DNA of 64,000 nt from Variovorax sp. (GTDB lineage: Bacteria > Pseudomonadota > Gammaproteobacteria > Burkholderiales > Burkholderiaceae_C). Position 1 is the stretch's first letter; each line of letters opens with the position of its first letter. The stretch covers positions 13,206 through 77,205 of the forward strand of contig JANOCL010000151.1 in the NCBI GenBank assembly GCA_031412135.1, read 5' to 3'. A program made the translations under genes and the position numbers. This document shows, one piece after another, positions 18,653-27,379 of this stretch. The notes beneath the pieces are model-generated. The model made no database searches. It saw only the letters and a list, made by a program, of their open reading frames with translations, and was not told where the DNA came from.

Positions 18653-19696
18653 GTGACGCGCACGCGAGGAGCCACTTTGTCGGACGTCGCTGCCGCGGCA
18701 GGGGTGGACCCGTCGACCGCATCGCGCGTGCTCAACGACGAAACCAGACACCGCGTGGGTTCGAGCACTCGCGAACGCGTGCTCGCCTGCGCCAAGGCGC
18801 TGGGCTACCAGCCCAATCCACTGGCACGCGGCCTGCGCACCTCTCGCTCATACACCCTGGGCATTGCGGTGCCTCAACTCGAGAATCCGGTCTTTCCCGA
18901 GATCATCCTGGGTGCCGAGACGGCCGCGCGTGCACGTGGATATTCACTGCTGATTTCTCACTCGGGCGACGCCGGAGGCGACGCACGCAACTACGAGCAA
19001 CTCGCGAAGGTGAGCCGCGTCGACGGCCTGCTCGTGGCCACGCTGGAAGACGATGACCTGCTGCGTCAATCGCTGGCGAGAACATCGTTGCCGTTCGTGG
19101 TCCTCAACCGCAAGTTGGCGGGCGTCGAGAACCATGTGGTGTTCGACAGCTTTGCAGCGGCAAAGCTGGCCACGGAACATTTGCTGTTGCTCGGGCATCG
19201 CCGCATCGCGCACCTCGCCGGGCGGCTGTACGGCTACAACGGGACACGCCGTCTCGCGGGCTACCGCGATGCGCTGAAGGCAGCAGGCATCGACTTTGAT
19301 TCGGGCCTCGTGGTCGCGGCGGGCTACACCTTCGAGGGCGGCGAACTCGCAATGCGCGAGCTGCTGGCGCGCAACAACCATCCCAGCGCAGTGGTGGCTG
19401 CCACCGTGCTCGCGGCAGCTGGAGCACTGAAGGTGCTCCACGCCGAAAACATCCGCGTGCCGGCGCAGATGTCGATCATCGGCATTCACGACGCCGCCAT
19501 CGCCGAGATGCTGCATCCGCCGTTAACCACGGTACGCCTCCCCTTGCGGGAAATGGGCGCGTGCGCAACGCGGGGTCTCATCGACCTGATCGAGCAGAAA
19601 AGCCAGCGCGTGGCGCAAACGCTGGCGCCCGAGCGCGTCGTGGTGCGCGAGTCGACCGCGCGGCTGCGAAAGCGCACTCCCGCATCGGCTAAGTAG
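18653..19696 (+). CDS. LacI-family transcriptional regulator
   Basis: I place the start at the in-frame GTG 18653; the track ORF from 18539 adds an Arg/Gly-rich extension. HTH ATLSDVAAAAGVDPSTASRVLND. A periplasmic-binding-fold core follows. Confidence 0.85.
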   Translation: MTRTRGATLSDVAAAAGVDPSTASRVLNDETRHRVGSSTRERVLACAKALGYQPNPLARGLRTSRSYTLGIAVPQLENPVFPEIILGAETAARARGYSLLISHSGDAGGDARNYEQLAKVSRVDGLLVATLEDDDLLRQSLARTSLPFVVLNRKLAGVENHVVFDSFAAAKLATEHLLLLGHRRIAHLAGRLYGYNGTRRLAGYRDALKAAGIDFDSGLVVAAGYTFEGGELAMRELLARNNHPSAVVAATVLAAAGALKVLHAENIRVPAQMSIIGIHDAAIAEMLHPPLTTVRLPLREMGACATRGLIDLIEQKSQRVAQTLAPERVVVRESTARLRKRTPASAK

Positions 19697-19716
19697 AACT
19701 CCTAGTCCCGCGTTCG

Positions 19717-19745
19717 TTGACAGCGGAAGCGAAGCGCCGCACATT
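19717..19745 (+). promoter_or_regulatory. Candidate sigma70 promoter: -35 TTGACA (19717-19722), 17-nt spacer, -10 CACATT (19740-19745)
   Basis: Read directly. The -35 is perfect and the -10 is weak (3 of 6). The -10 lies inside the palindromic operator, as expected for repressor occlusion. Confidence 0.4.
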
Positions 19746-19784
19746 TGCGCAAACGATTGCGCAATCGATTGCGCAAATGTGCGG
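19737..19784. promoter_or_regulatory. 48-bp near-perfect palindrome holding three TTGCGCAA cores at 12-bp spacing; tandem LacI-type operators
   Basis: Sequence is CCGCACATTTGCGCAAACGATTGCGCAATCGATTGCGCAAATGTGCGG. 23 of 24 base pairs are self-complementary (mismatch pair 19753/19768). It includes the perfect 18-bp TGCGCAATCGATTGCGCA with the central CG typical of LacI-family sites. It lies between lacI and the first operon gene. Confidence 0.7.
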
Positions 19785-19872
19785 TGCGTCAAGTCCACCG
19801 ATGTCCGAACAGCGATCCAAGGAGTCCAAAGATGATCGACCACGACCTCGCGCGAACCGGTCCAACCGGAAA

Positions 19873-21369
19873 ATGCCGATGACCGCACTGACGCTGCACG
19901 ATGCGGCACGGCAGCACACGCATCCCGACTGGGTCGACTCTTTCGCGGCTGTGGTGGGCGCCGAGCATGTGCTCACCTCCGTCCCCGATCTCTGGGCCTA
20001 TGCACGCGATCGTCTGCCGTATGCCACCTTCCACATCCGCGATGGGCAGCTGCCGGGCACGCTGCCGTCGGCGGTCGTGTGTCCGGCCGATGCCAATGAA
20101 CTCGCCCGGGTCGTTCGACTCGCCCGCGAGCATCGCATTCCCCTGATTCCCTTCGGCGCCGGTTCCGGCGTGCTGGGCGGGACACTGCCGCTGGCCCACG
20201 AACTGGTGGTGGACCTGAAACGTTTGAACCAGGTGCTTTCATTCAGCGAAACCGACGCCAGCGTCACGGTCCAGGCGGGCATGAATGGGGGGCAGTTCGA
20301 AGCCTGGCTCAACCAACGCGGATACACCTGCGGACATTTGCCCCAATCGCTCTACATGTCGACCGTCGGAGGATGGGCGGCTTGCCGCGGTGCCGGTCAG
20401 AATTCAACCCGCTTCGGCAAGATCGAAGACATCGTGGTCGGCCTCGCCGCCGTCTTGCCCGATGGGCGCGAGCTTCGGGTGAGGCCAGTGGCGCGCAGAG
20501 CAGTGGGCCCCAGCCTGAAGGACCTGCTGGTGGGCTCCGAAGGGGCCTTCGGCGTCATCACCGAACTCACCTTGCGCATCTGGCGCCTGCCGGAAGCACG
20601 CCACGGGGTGGTGCTCGGATTCCCTTCGCTGCCAGGCGCGCTGGATACGCTGCGCGGCATCATGCAAAGCGAGTTGCGGCCAGCGGTCGTTCGCTTGTAC
20701 GACCAGGAAGAGTCGCGCCAGCGTGGCGAGTCGGCGGGTATTTCCGCCACGCTGCCGTACCTGGTGATCCTGGAGTTCTGCGGGTCGGTCCGGTTGGCCG
20801 ATCTCGAACGTGACCTCGCGCTCGAGATCGTTGCGGCCCACGACGGCGTCCGGCTGGACGATGAGCCCTACCGTCACTGGACGGCGCACCGCTACGAGTC
20901 GTATTCGCCGCAGTGGCAATCGCGCGACTACTTCATGGACACGATCGAGGTTACCGGGGCATGGAGCCAGCTGCCTGCGATGTACGAGCGCATCCGGCGA
21001 GAGATTCAGGCGTTGGGCCCGGAGGTGTACTTCGGCACCCACTGGTCGCATGTCTATGCGGAAGGGGCTTGTCAGTACATGACGCTGCGCCTGCCGCCGA
21101 TGGAAAAAACCGCCGCGCTGCGCCTGCACCGTCAAGCATGGGACATCGCGCAGCGGGCCTGCCTCGATCTGGGCGGCTCGATCAGCCATCACCACGGGGT
21201 TGGCGTGTTCCGCAACCCCTGGTTGCGAGAGGAGCTCGGCGCGGGCCTCGACCTGTTGCAAGGGCTCAAGGACCATCTCGACCCGGACAACTTGTTCGTC
21301 CCCGGCAAGCTGGCGCTGCGTGCGCGAGCCGGAGCGGTGGACATCGAACGCAGGGAGTACGCATCGTGA
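19873..21369 (+). CDS. FAD-linked oxidase (FAD_binding_4; GlcD / alkyl-DHAP-synthase-like)
   Basis: Track ORF 19717..21369. Possible starts are 19801, 19873 and 19879 (start ambiguous). FAD-binding region IPLIPFGAGSGVLGG, then GYTCGHLPQS...GGWAACRGAGQNSTRFGKIEDIV...GSEGAFGVITE. Confidence 0.85.
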   Translation: MPMTALTLHDAARQHTHPDWVDSFAAVVGAEHVLTSVPDLWAYARDRLPYATFHIRDGQLPGTLPSAVVCPADANELARVVRLAREHRIPLIPFGAGSGVLGGTLPLAHELVVDLKRLNQVLSFSETDASVTVQAGMNGGQFEAWLNQRGYTCGHLPQSLYMSTVGGWAACRGAGQNSTRFGKIEDIVVGLAAVLPDGRELRVRPVARRAVGPSLKDLLVGSEGAFGVITELTLRIWRLPEARHGVVLGFPSLPGALDTLRGIMQSELRPAVVRLYDQEESRQRGESAGISATLPYLVILEFCGSVRLADLERDLALEIVAAHDGVRLDDEPYRHWTAHRYESYSPQWQSRDYFMDTIEVTGAWSQLPAMYERIRREIQALGPEVYFGTHWSHVYAEGACQYMTLRLPPMEKTAALRLHRQAWDIAQRACLDLGGSISHHHGVGVFRNPWLREELGAGLDLLQGLKDHLDPDNLFVPGKLALRARAGAVDIERREYAS

Positions 21370-21662
21370 TCGAAGGCCGCGACCTGTTCCGCTTCTGCGC
21401 CTGCTGCCCGAACCCGTGCCGGCGCGCCGTGCCTGCCGAGCGCGCCGTGCAGATCGAATCCGAAACGCCCTCGGCTCTGTCGATGATTGCGTTGGCTGTC
21501 ATCGACGGCGAACTGGCATTCGATGCCGACACCCGCCGCGCACTGGCGCGCACCGAGGTCGCGCATCACTGCCGCGCGGCGTGTCCATATGGCTACGACA
21601 TCGCTGGGGCGATCGAGGCTTTCACCGCCAACCGCGAGCACGCCGATGAACGCGCCCGTTGA
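21366..21662 (+). CDS. Small cysteine-rich protein, possible Fe-S binding partner of the oxidase
   Basis: In-frame GTG at 21366 within track ORF 20913..21662 overlaps the oxidase stop (GTGA). 98 aa with FCACCPNPC and HHCRAACPYG (a CxxxCP ending as in ferredoxin motifs). Third-codon positions are strongly G/C. The 3' end overlaps the kinase start by 17 nt. Confidence 0.5.
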   Translation: MIEGRDLFRFCACCPNPCRRAVPAERAVQIESETPSALSMIALAVIDGELAFDADTRRALARTEVAHHCRAACPYGYDIAGAIEAFTANREHADERAR

Positions 21663-23172
21663 CGTTTGCGTGCTCGGCATCGACATCGGCGCCGGCAGTC
21701 TGAAGACCACCGTGGTCGATGCGCAGGGGCGGGAGCGAGGCGCCGCCTCACGCGATTTCGCAACCCTGACGCCACACCCCGGCTGGAGCGAGCAGAACCC
21801 CGAGGACTGGTGGCAAGCCTTGTGCGACACCGTTCCCCGCGCGCTCGCCGCGGCCGGGCTGGCCGCGGCGTCCGTTCAGGCCGTGAGCTTCAGCGCCGGA
21901 GCGCACACGCCGGTGTTGACCGATGCCGACAACCGGCTGCTTCGTCCGGCCATCTTGTGGAACGACCAGCGCAGCGGCGCCGAGGCGCGCGAGCTGCAGG
22001 AGCGCCACAACGCGCGCATCCTCGAGGTTGCGCTGAACCGCGCAACCCCCACATGGACGATGCCGCAACTGATGTGGCTGACTCGCCACGAGCCCGAGGT
22101 GGCGGCCAAGGTACGGCGGGTCTACGTGGCCAAGGACTGGCTGCGCATGCGCCTCACCGGCGACTGGCATACCGATGTCACCGACGCAGTGGGTACCCTG
22201 CTCTGGGATCATGCCGGCCAGCGATGGTCGGACGAGCTGTGCGAAATGATCGACTGGAATGTGGCCACCCTGCCCCCGGTGGTGCAGCCGACCACCGTGG
22301 TCGGCACCGTCACCGCTGGTGCGAGTCGCGAATGCGGCTTGCCCGCGGGCACGAAAGTGATCTGCGGCACGTCGGACACCTCGGCCGAATCCTACGGTGC
22401 GGGCTCCGACCGGCCGGGCGCCGGCGTGGTGAAGCTGGCCACCGCCGGAACGGTCAGCATCGTCGGCGAGCAGCCGCATGTGCATCCCACGCTGATCAAC
22501 TACCCATTCGCGATTCCGGGCCTGTGGTACACGATCACCGGCACCAACGGCTGCGCGTCGGCGCACCGCTGGTTGCGCGATCGCTTCTTCATGCGCGACG
22601 GGGACTCCGGCGCGACGGTCTTCGCCCAGATGGACAGCCTGGCCGCTGCGGCGCCGCTGGGTGCAGATGGCTTGTTGTTCCATCCTTATCTGCAAGGTGA
22701 GCGGGCGCCCTATTGGGACCCGCTGCTGCGTGCCGACTTCGTCGGCATGACGGCGCGGCACGAGCGTGGCCACTTCGTGCGTGCGCTGTACGAGGGCATC
22801 GCCTTCTCGCTGCGAGACGTACTGGGCGAGTTCCGCGCACAGGGGATGGACATGGGTGAGGCTCGCATCGTTGGCGGCGGCTCGCGCAGCGCGCTGTGGC
22901 GCCAGATCGTCACCGACGTGCTGGGCGTGCGCATCGTCCTGCCGGCCGTCACCGACGCATCGTTCGGTGCCGCGCTGCTCGCCGGCGTCGCCGTCGGCTT
23001 CTTTGCCGACGAGCGTGCCGCGGCGCGCCACGGCCAGGCCAGTCGCGCGATTCACGAACCGGATGCGACGAACACACGCCGCTACGACGATCTGTTCGGC
23101 TTGTACAAGGAGACGCAGCAGCGCCTGGCCGACATCAATCATCGCCTGCATGCGTTTGCGGCCGGAGCCTGA
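21646..23172 (+). CDS. FGGY-family carbohydrate kinase (xylulokinase-like)
   Basis: Internal ATG of track ORF 21487..23172. N-terminal VLGIDIGAGSLKTTVVD, then HPGWSEQNPEDWW, and C-terminal GGGSRSALWRQIVTDVLG. Confidence 0.88.
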   Translation: MNAPVDVCVLGIDIGAGSLKTTVVDAQGRERGAASRDFATLTPHPGWSEQNPEDWWQALCDTVPRALAAAGLAAASVQAVSFSAGAHTPVLTDADNRLLRPAILWNDQRSGAEARELQERHNARILEVALNRATPTWTMPQLMWLTRHEPEVAAKVRRVYVAKDWLRMRLTGDWHTDVTDAVGTLLWDHAGQRWSDELCEMIDWNVATLPPVVQPTTVVGTVTAGASRECGLPAGTKVICGTSDTSAESYGAGSDRPGAGVVKLATAGTVSIVGEQPHVHPTLINYPFAIPGLWYTITGTNGCASAHRWLRDRFFMRDGDSGATVFAQMDSLAAAAPLGADGLLFHPYLQGERAPYWDPLLRADFVGMTARHERGHFVRALYEGIAFSLRDVLGEFRAQGMDMGEARIVGGGSRSALWRQIVTDVLGVRIVLPAVTDASFGAALLAGVAVGFFADERAAARHGQASRAIHEPDATNTRRYDDLFGLYKETQQRLADINHRLHAFAAGA

Positions 23173-23174
23173 GC

Positions 23175-24284
23175 ATGGCGGAAATCCAGCTGCGCCAAGT
23201 TGAAAAGACCTACGGCAATGTCACAGCGGTCCACCCGCTCGACCTGCACATCCGCGACGGCGAGCTGACCGTGTTCGTCGGACCCTCCGGCTGCGGCAAG
23301 TCGACCACGCTGCGCATGGTGGCCGGGCTCGAAGACACCAGCGCGGGGCAGATCCTGATCGGCGGCAAGGATGTGACGCGGCTCGAGCCCAAGGACCGAA
23401 ACATCGCAATGGTGTTCCAGAACTACGCGCTCTACCCGCACAAGACTGTCTACGAGAACCTGGCATTCGCGCTGCGCATGCGCAAGCTCGGTGCGGCGCA
23501 GATCGAGAAGCGCGTGAGCTGGGCTGCCAACATGCTCGGCATGGAAGCATTGCTGCAGCGCAAGCCGCGGCAGCTTTCAGGCGGCCAGATGCAGCGCGTG
23601 GCGCTGGGCCGCGCCCTGGTGCGGGAGCCCGATGTGTTCCTGCTCGACGAGCCGCTCTCCAACCTGGACGCCAAACTGCGCCTGCGCATGCGCGACGAGA
23701 TTGCCAGGCTGCATCGCGAGCTGAAGACCAACATGATCTATGTCACCCACGATCAGGTCGAGGCGATGACGCTCGGCGACCGCATCGTGGTCATGAAGGA
23801 TGGCCGCATTCAGCAGGTAGGCCCGCCCTTGGCCGTTTACGACCAGCCGGCCAACCGCTTCGTTGCCGGCTTCATCGGCGCACCGGAGATGAACCTGCTC
23901 GATGCGCGCATCGAATCCAGAAATGGCTCGCTGCAGGCGGTGTGCGGCGCCCTGCGCGCGCCGGTGCCCGGCGGCGCAGCGGCGGGACTGCGCGGTCTGG
24001 AGGCGGTCACGCTCGGCGTGCGCCCTGAACACGTGGCCCTCACCCATGACGACGACCCGGCAGGCACGCGCATGAAGGCCGTGCAAATCGAACACATGGG
24101 CGCCTACACGCTGGCTGTCTTCGAGGCTGACGGGGTGCAGTTGCGCGCGATGCTTTCGCGCGACGAGCCGGTGGCCTATGCGGACGTGCGAACGCTGCGC
24201 CTGGACGCCCAGCGCCTGCATTTCTTTGATTCCGAAACCGGTGCTTCGCTGTGCCGGACCTTGTTCAACCACGATGGAGGATGA
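23175..24284 (+). CDS. Sugar/polyol ABC transporter ATP-binding protein (MalK/UgpC-like, CUT1)
   Basis: Internal ATG of track ORF 22896..24284. Walker A GPSGCGKST, signature LSGGQMQRVALGRA and Walker B FLLDEPLSNLD. A C-terminal regulatory domain is present. Confidence 0.92.
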   Translation: MAEIQLRQVEKTYGNVTAVHPLDLHIRDGELTVFVGPSGCGKSTTLRMVAGLEDTSAGQILIGGKDVTRLEPKDRNIAMVFQNYALYPHKTVYENLAFALRMRKLGAAQIEKRVSWAANMLGMEALLQRKPRQLSGGQMQRVALGRALVREPDVFLLDEPLSNLDAKLRLRMRDEIARLHRELKTNMIYVTHDQVEAMTLGDRIVVMKDGRIQQVGPPLAVYDQPANRFVAGFIGAPEMNLLDARIESRNGSLQAVCGALRAPVPGGAAAGLRGLEAVTLGVRPEHVALTHDDDPAGTRMKAVQIEHMGAYTLAVFEADGVQLRAMLSRDEPVAYADVRTLRLDAQRLHFFDSETGASLCRTLFNHDGG

Positions 24285-24285
24285 C

Positions 24286-25629
24286 ATGTTCGACAGCAAG
24301 AAAACCCCGCAGGCATCGATGGAAGCCGGCAGCGAACCGAGCGATCCACAGCGCCGGCGGCTCACGGCCGCGGTGGGTGCCGTGGCCGTGGCCGGGCTGG
24401 CGTCGCCGTTCGTGCACGCGCAGCAGAAGACGATTCGCTTCCTCAACTGCGAACCCGGCCGCGACAACGTGCGTGCGCTTCGCGTTGCCGCCGCTGAATA
24501 CGAGCGTATCAGCGGTGTGCGGGTGGTGGTGGACACCGTGCCGCCCGACCAGGCATACGACAAGCTCCAGGCGTCGATCTCGGCCGGTACGCCCTACGAC
24601 GTGTCGGGCCTGATCTTCGTCGCTCATGTGGTGCTGCTGGCCGAGGCCGGCAAGCTGGTGCCGGTGACCAAGCTGATCGACAAGCACAAGTGGGGGCCGC
24701 GCATCCTGTTTCCGGTCAAGGGCGAACAGTACTGGTATCCCTACGACTACAACTTCTGCTGGATGTACTACCGCAAGGACCTGTACGAGCAGAAGGGGCT
24801 GAAGGTGCCGACCACATGGGACCAGATGGCCGACAACGCCAAGGCCCTGACCGACGGCCAGCGCTTCGGCGTTTCACACCCCATCGGCTCGAACGGCGCA
24901 GGTCAGTGGATGTCGATCGGCTACATGTGGGCCGATGGCGTGAAGCTGGTCGACGACCGCTGGGGCCTGGCGCTCGAGGCGCCGGACATGAAAAAGCGCT
25001 TTGGCAACTACCTCGACTTCATGAAGAAGCTGTCGGGCTCGATGCCCCCCGGCATGTCGCAGGCCTTGTTCGCCACCGTCATCGGCCAGTATTCGGGCAA
25101 CCAGGCGGCAATGGTGCCGTACGCCGGACGGCTGATGGAAGTCCTGGAAGATCGCACCCCCGAGCTCGCCGGCAAGACCGGCTTCTTCATGTACCCCGAC
25201 TCGGCCGGCAAGTCGGTGGCGGTGAACCACGGCTACGACGGCTGGGTGGTAGTCAACACGCCGATGCGCGAGGAATCGATGAAGTTCATGGATTGGTTCA
25301 CCGAGACCCAGTACATCAACTTCCTGCACTCGGCACCGCTTCACTTTCAGCCGCCTCGCATGGACGTGTACGACGATCGCCGCTGGCGTGCCCACCCGCT
25401 GATCGAAAAGCATGGCGAACTGGTGGACTTCATGCGCAGCATCCTCACCCGCACCGACGTCGTGATCCGATCGGTGGACACCGAAGGCCCGTCCCCCGAC
25501 GTGCGTCCCGGCAAGATGTTCGAGAGCTTCGGCATCATGGAGGCCATTCAAAACCGGCTGCTCAAGGACATGCCGGCCGCGGAGGCTACCGAGGTGGCGG
25601 TGCGCAAGCTCAAGCAGGCGCTGGGCTGA
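24286..25629 (+). CDS. Extracellular solute-binding protein (CUT1 sugar/polyol ABC)
   Basis: ATG lies 1 nt after the upstream stop. Tat-like leader DPQRRRLTAAVGAVAVAGLASPFVHA. About 447 aa, followed by two CUT1 permeases. Confidence 0.85.
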   Translation: MFDSKKTPQASMEAGSEPSDPQRRRLTAAVGAVAVAGLASPFVHAQQKTIRFLNCEPGRDNVRALRVAAAEYERISGVRVVVDTVPPDQAYDKLQASISAGTPYDVSGLIFVAHVVLLAEAGKLVPVTKLIDKHKWGPRILFPVKGEQYWYPYDYNFCWMYYRKDLYEQKGLKVPTTWDQMADNAKALTDGQRFGVSHPIGSNGAGQWMSIGYMWADGVKLVDDRWGLALEAPDMKKRFGNYLDFMKKLSGSMPPGMSQALFATVIGQYSGNQAAMVPYAGRLMEVLEDRTPELAGKTGFFMYPDSAGKSVAVNHGYDGWVVVNTPMREESMKFMDWFTETQYINFLHSAPLHFQPPRMDVYDDRRWRAHPLIEKHGELVDFMRSILTRTDVVIRSVDTEGPSPDVRPGKMFESFGIMEAIQNRLLKDMPAAEATEVAVRKLKQALG

Positions 25630-25646
25630 AGGCCTGAGCGAGCAGC

Positions 25647-26531
25647 ATGCGTGGCTTCACGACTCCCGCCGACCGAGTGATCCTGGCCGCGTTTGCGCTG
25701 TCGGTGTGCCTGGTCGGCGCCCTGATCGCCATCCCGGTCGTGCATGCGGTGCAACTGTCGTTCTACGAAGCGCAGTCATTCGTCAGCGAGCGCCGCTACG
25801 TCGGGCTGTCGAACTACGCGCGCGTCCTGGTCGACCCGAGCTTCTGGAAAGCTTTCGCGCTTGGCCTCGGATTTGCGGTCATCGCGATGGGTCTGCAACT
25901 GGTCCTGGGCATCGGCTTTGCGCTGCTGCTCAACCGGCCGTTCCGAGGCCAGGCGCTGGTGCGCGGCGCGGTGGTGCTGCCCTACCTGCTGCCTACCGTC
26001 GTGATTGCGGTCACTGCACACTGGCTGCTCGACGGCGCCTTCGGACTGTTTACTCACTGGGCGCTGCAACTCGGCTTCGGGCGGCCAGCCTGGTACGACC
26101 ACCCGGTGTCGGCTGCGCTGCTGATCATCGTCGCCAGCGTCTGGACCTGGACGCCGTTCGTGACCATCACGTTTCTGGCCGGCCTGCAGACCATTCCGTC
26201 GAGCTTGTACGAAGCTGCACGGGTCGACGGTGCAGGGTCCTGGATGCGTTTCTGGCATGTGACGCTTCCGATGCTCAAGCCGGTGCTGACCGTGGTGATC
26301 CTGCTGCGCTCGATCTGGATGTTCAACAAGTTCGACATCGTGTGGCTGCTCACCAAGGGAGGCCCGTTGTCGGCAACCGAGCACCTGCCGGTGATGGCGT
26401 ATCGCAAGGCGTTCAACCAGTTCGACGTCGGCGGCGGCGCCGCGGTCGCCACGCTGTCCTTTCTGGTGCTCTCGCTGATGATCGCCGTCTACTTCTGGCG
26501 CTTCCCGCTCGACGACAAGGCCGCGCAATGA
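25647..26531 (+). CDS. Carbohydrate ABC transporter permease (UgpA/MalF-like)
   Basis: 294 aa with multiple TM segments. EAA-loop region LYEAARVDGAGSWMRFWHVTLP. Confidence 0.9.
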   Translation: MRGFTTPADRVILAAFALSVCLVGALIAIPVVHAVQLSFYEAQSFVSERRYVGLSNYARVLVDPSFWKAFALGLGFAVIAMGLQLVLGIGFALLLNRPFRGQALVRGAVVLPYLLPTVVIAVTAHWLLDGAFGLFTHWALQLGFGRPAWYDHPVSAALLIIVASVWTWTPFVTITFLAGLQTIPSSLYEAARVDGAGSWMRFWHVTLPMLKPVLTVVILLRSIWMFNKFDIVWLLTKGGPLSATEHLPVMAYRKAFNQFDVGGGAAVATLSFLVLSLMIAVYFWRFPLDDKAAQ

Positions 26532-27376
26532 AACACACCATCGGCAAGATGTCGTTCTGGGGCCAGGCAGCGGTTTGGATGGGCGTCGGGCTGATGTGCC
26601 TGTGGTCGCTGTTTCCAATCTACTGGATGGTGGTTTCGAGCCTGCGGCCGCCGCGCGACCTGTTCGCGCAGCCGCAGTTGATTCCGGATCGCATCGACTG
26701 GCAATTCGAGAACTACACCACCCTTCTCGAACTCACCGACTATGCCCAGCAGTTCTGGAACAGCCTGGTGGTGGCGGCGGTGGTGGTCGTGGTGACGCTG
26801 GTGCTGTCCATCGTCATCGCGTACACCGTCACCCGCTATCGTGTTCGTGGCAAGTCGGCCATCGTCGGCGGCATGCTCTATGCCTACATGTTTCCACCGC
26901 TGCTGCTGGCCATCCCCATGCTGTCGATCTTTGCCGGCATAGGGCTCGCCGACAACTTGCTGGCGGTGGTTCTGGCCCATTGCACGCTGACGCTGCCGCT
27001 GGGCGTGTGGCTGTTCTGGGGATTCTTCAAGGGCATGCCCTTCGACCTGGAGGAGGCCGCGATGGTCGACGGCTGCACGCGGCTGGGCGCGTTCGTGCGG
27101 GTGGTGTTGCCGCTGTCGCTGCCAGGCATCATCACGGTGGCGATCTTTGCATTTCTGCTGTCGTGGACCGACTACGTTTTTTCCTTCGTTCTCGTGTCGA
27201 GCGACTCCAACATGACGCTGCCCGTGGGGCTGGCCGCCATCCTGGGCACCTTCGACGCACGCTGGGGCGAAGTGATGGCCGGCGCCACCCTGATCGCTGC
27301 GCCACTGTTTCTGATTTTCGTGTTCCTGAGCCGCTATTTCATCCAGGGGCTGGCGGCCGGTGCAGTCAAGGGGTAA
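26528..27376 (+). CDS. Carbohydrate ABC transporter permease (UgpE/MalG-like)
   Basis: Internal ATG overlaps the upstream stop (ATGA). EAA-loop region LEEAAMVDGCTRLGAFVRVVLP. Confidence 0.9.
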   Translation: MKHTIGKMSFWGQAAVWMGVGLMCLWSLFPIYWMVVSSLRPPRDLFAQPQLIPDRIDWQFENYTTLLELTDYAQQFWNSLVVAAVVVVVTLVLSIVIAYTVTRYRVRGKSAIVGGMLYAYMFPPLLLAIPMLSIFAGIGLADNLLAVVLAHCTLTLPLGVWLFWGFFKGMPFDLEEAAMVDGCTRLGAFVRVVLPLSLPGIITVAIFAFLLSWTDYVFSFVLVSSDSNMTLPVGLAAILGTFDARWGEVMAGATLIAAPLFLIFVFLSRYFIQGLAAGAVKG

Positions 27377-27379
27377 TGC

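Noticed and set aside
19745-19776. Three evenly spaced TTGCGCAA repeats, considered as a possible mini-CRISPR or tandem repeat.
   Set aside because: There are only three 8-bp units with 4-bp spacers inside one palindrome next to a LacI gene. This is an operator, not a CRISPR array or a satellite.
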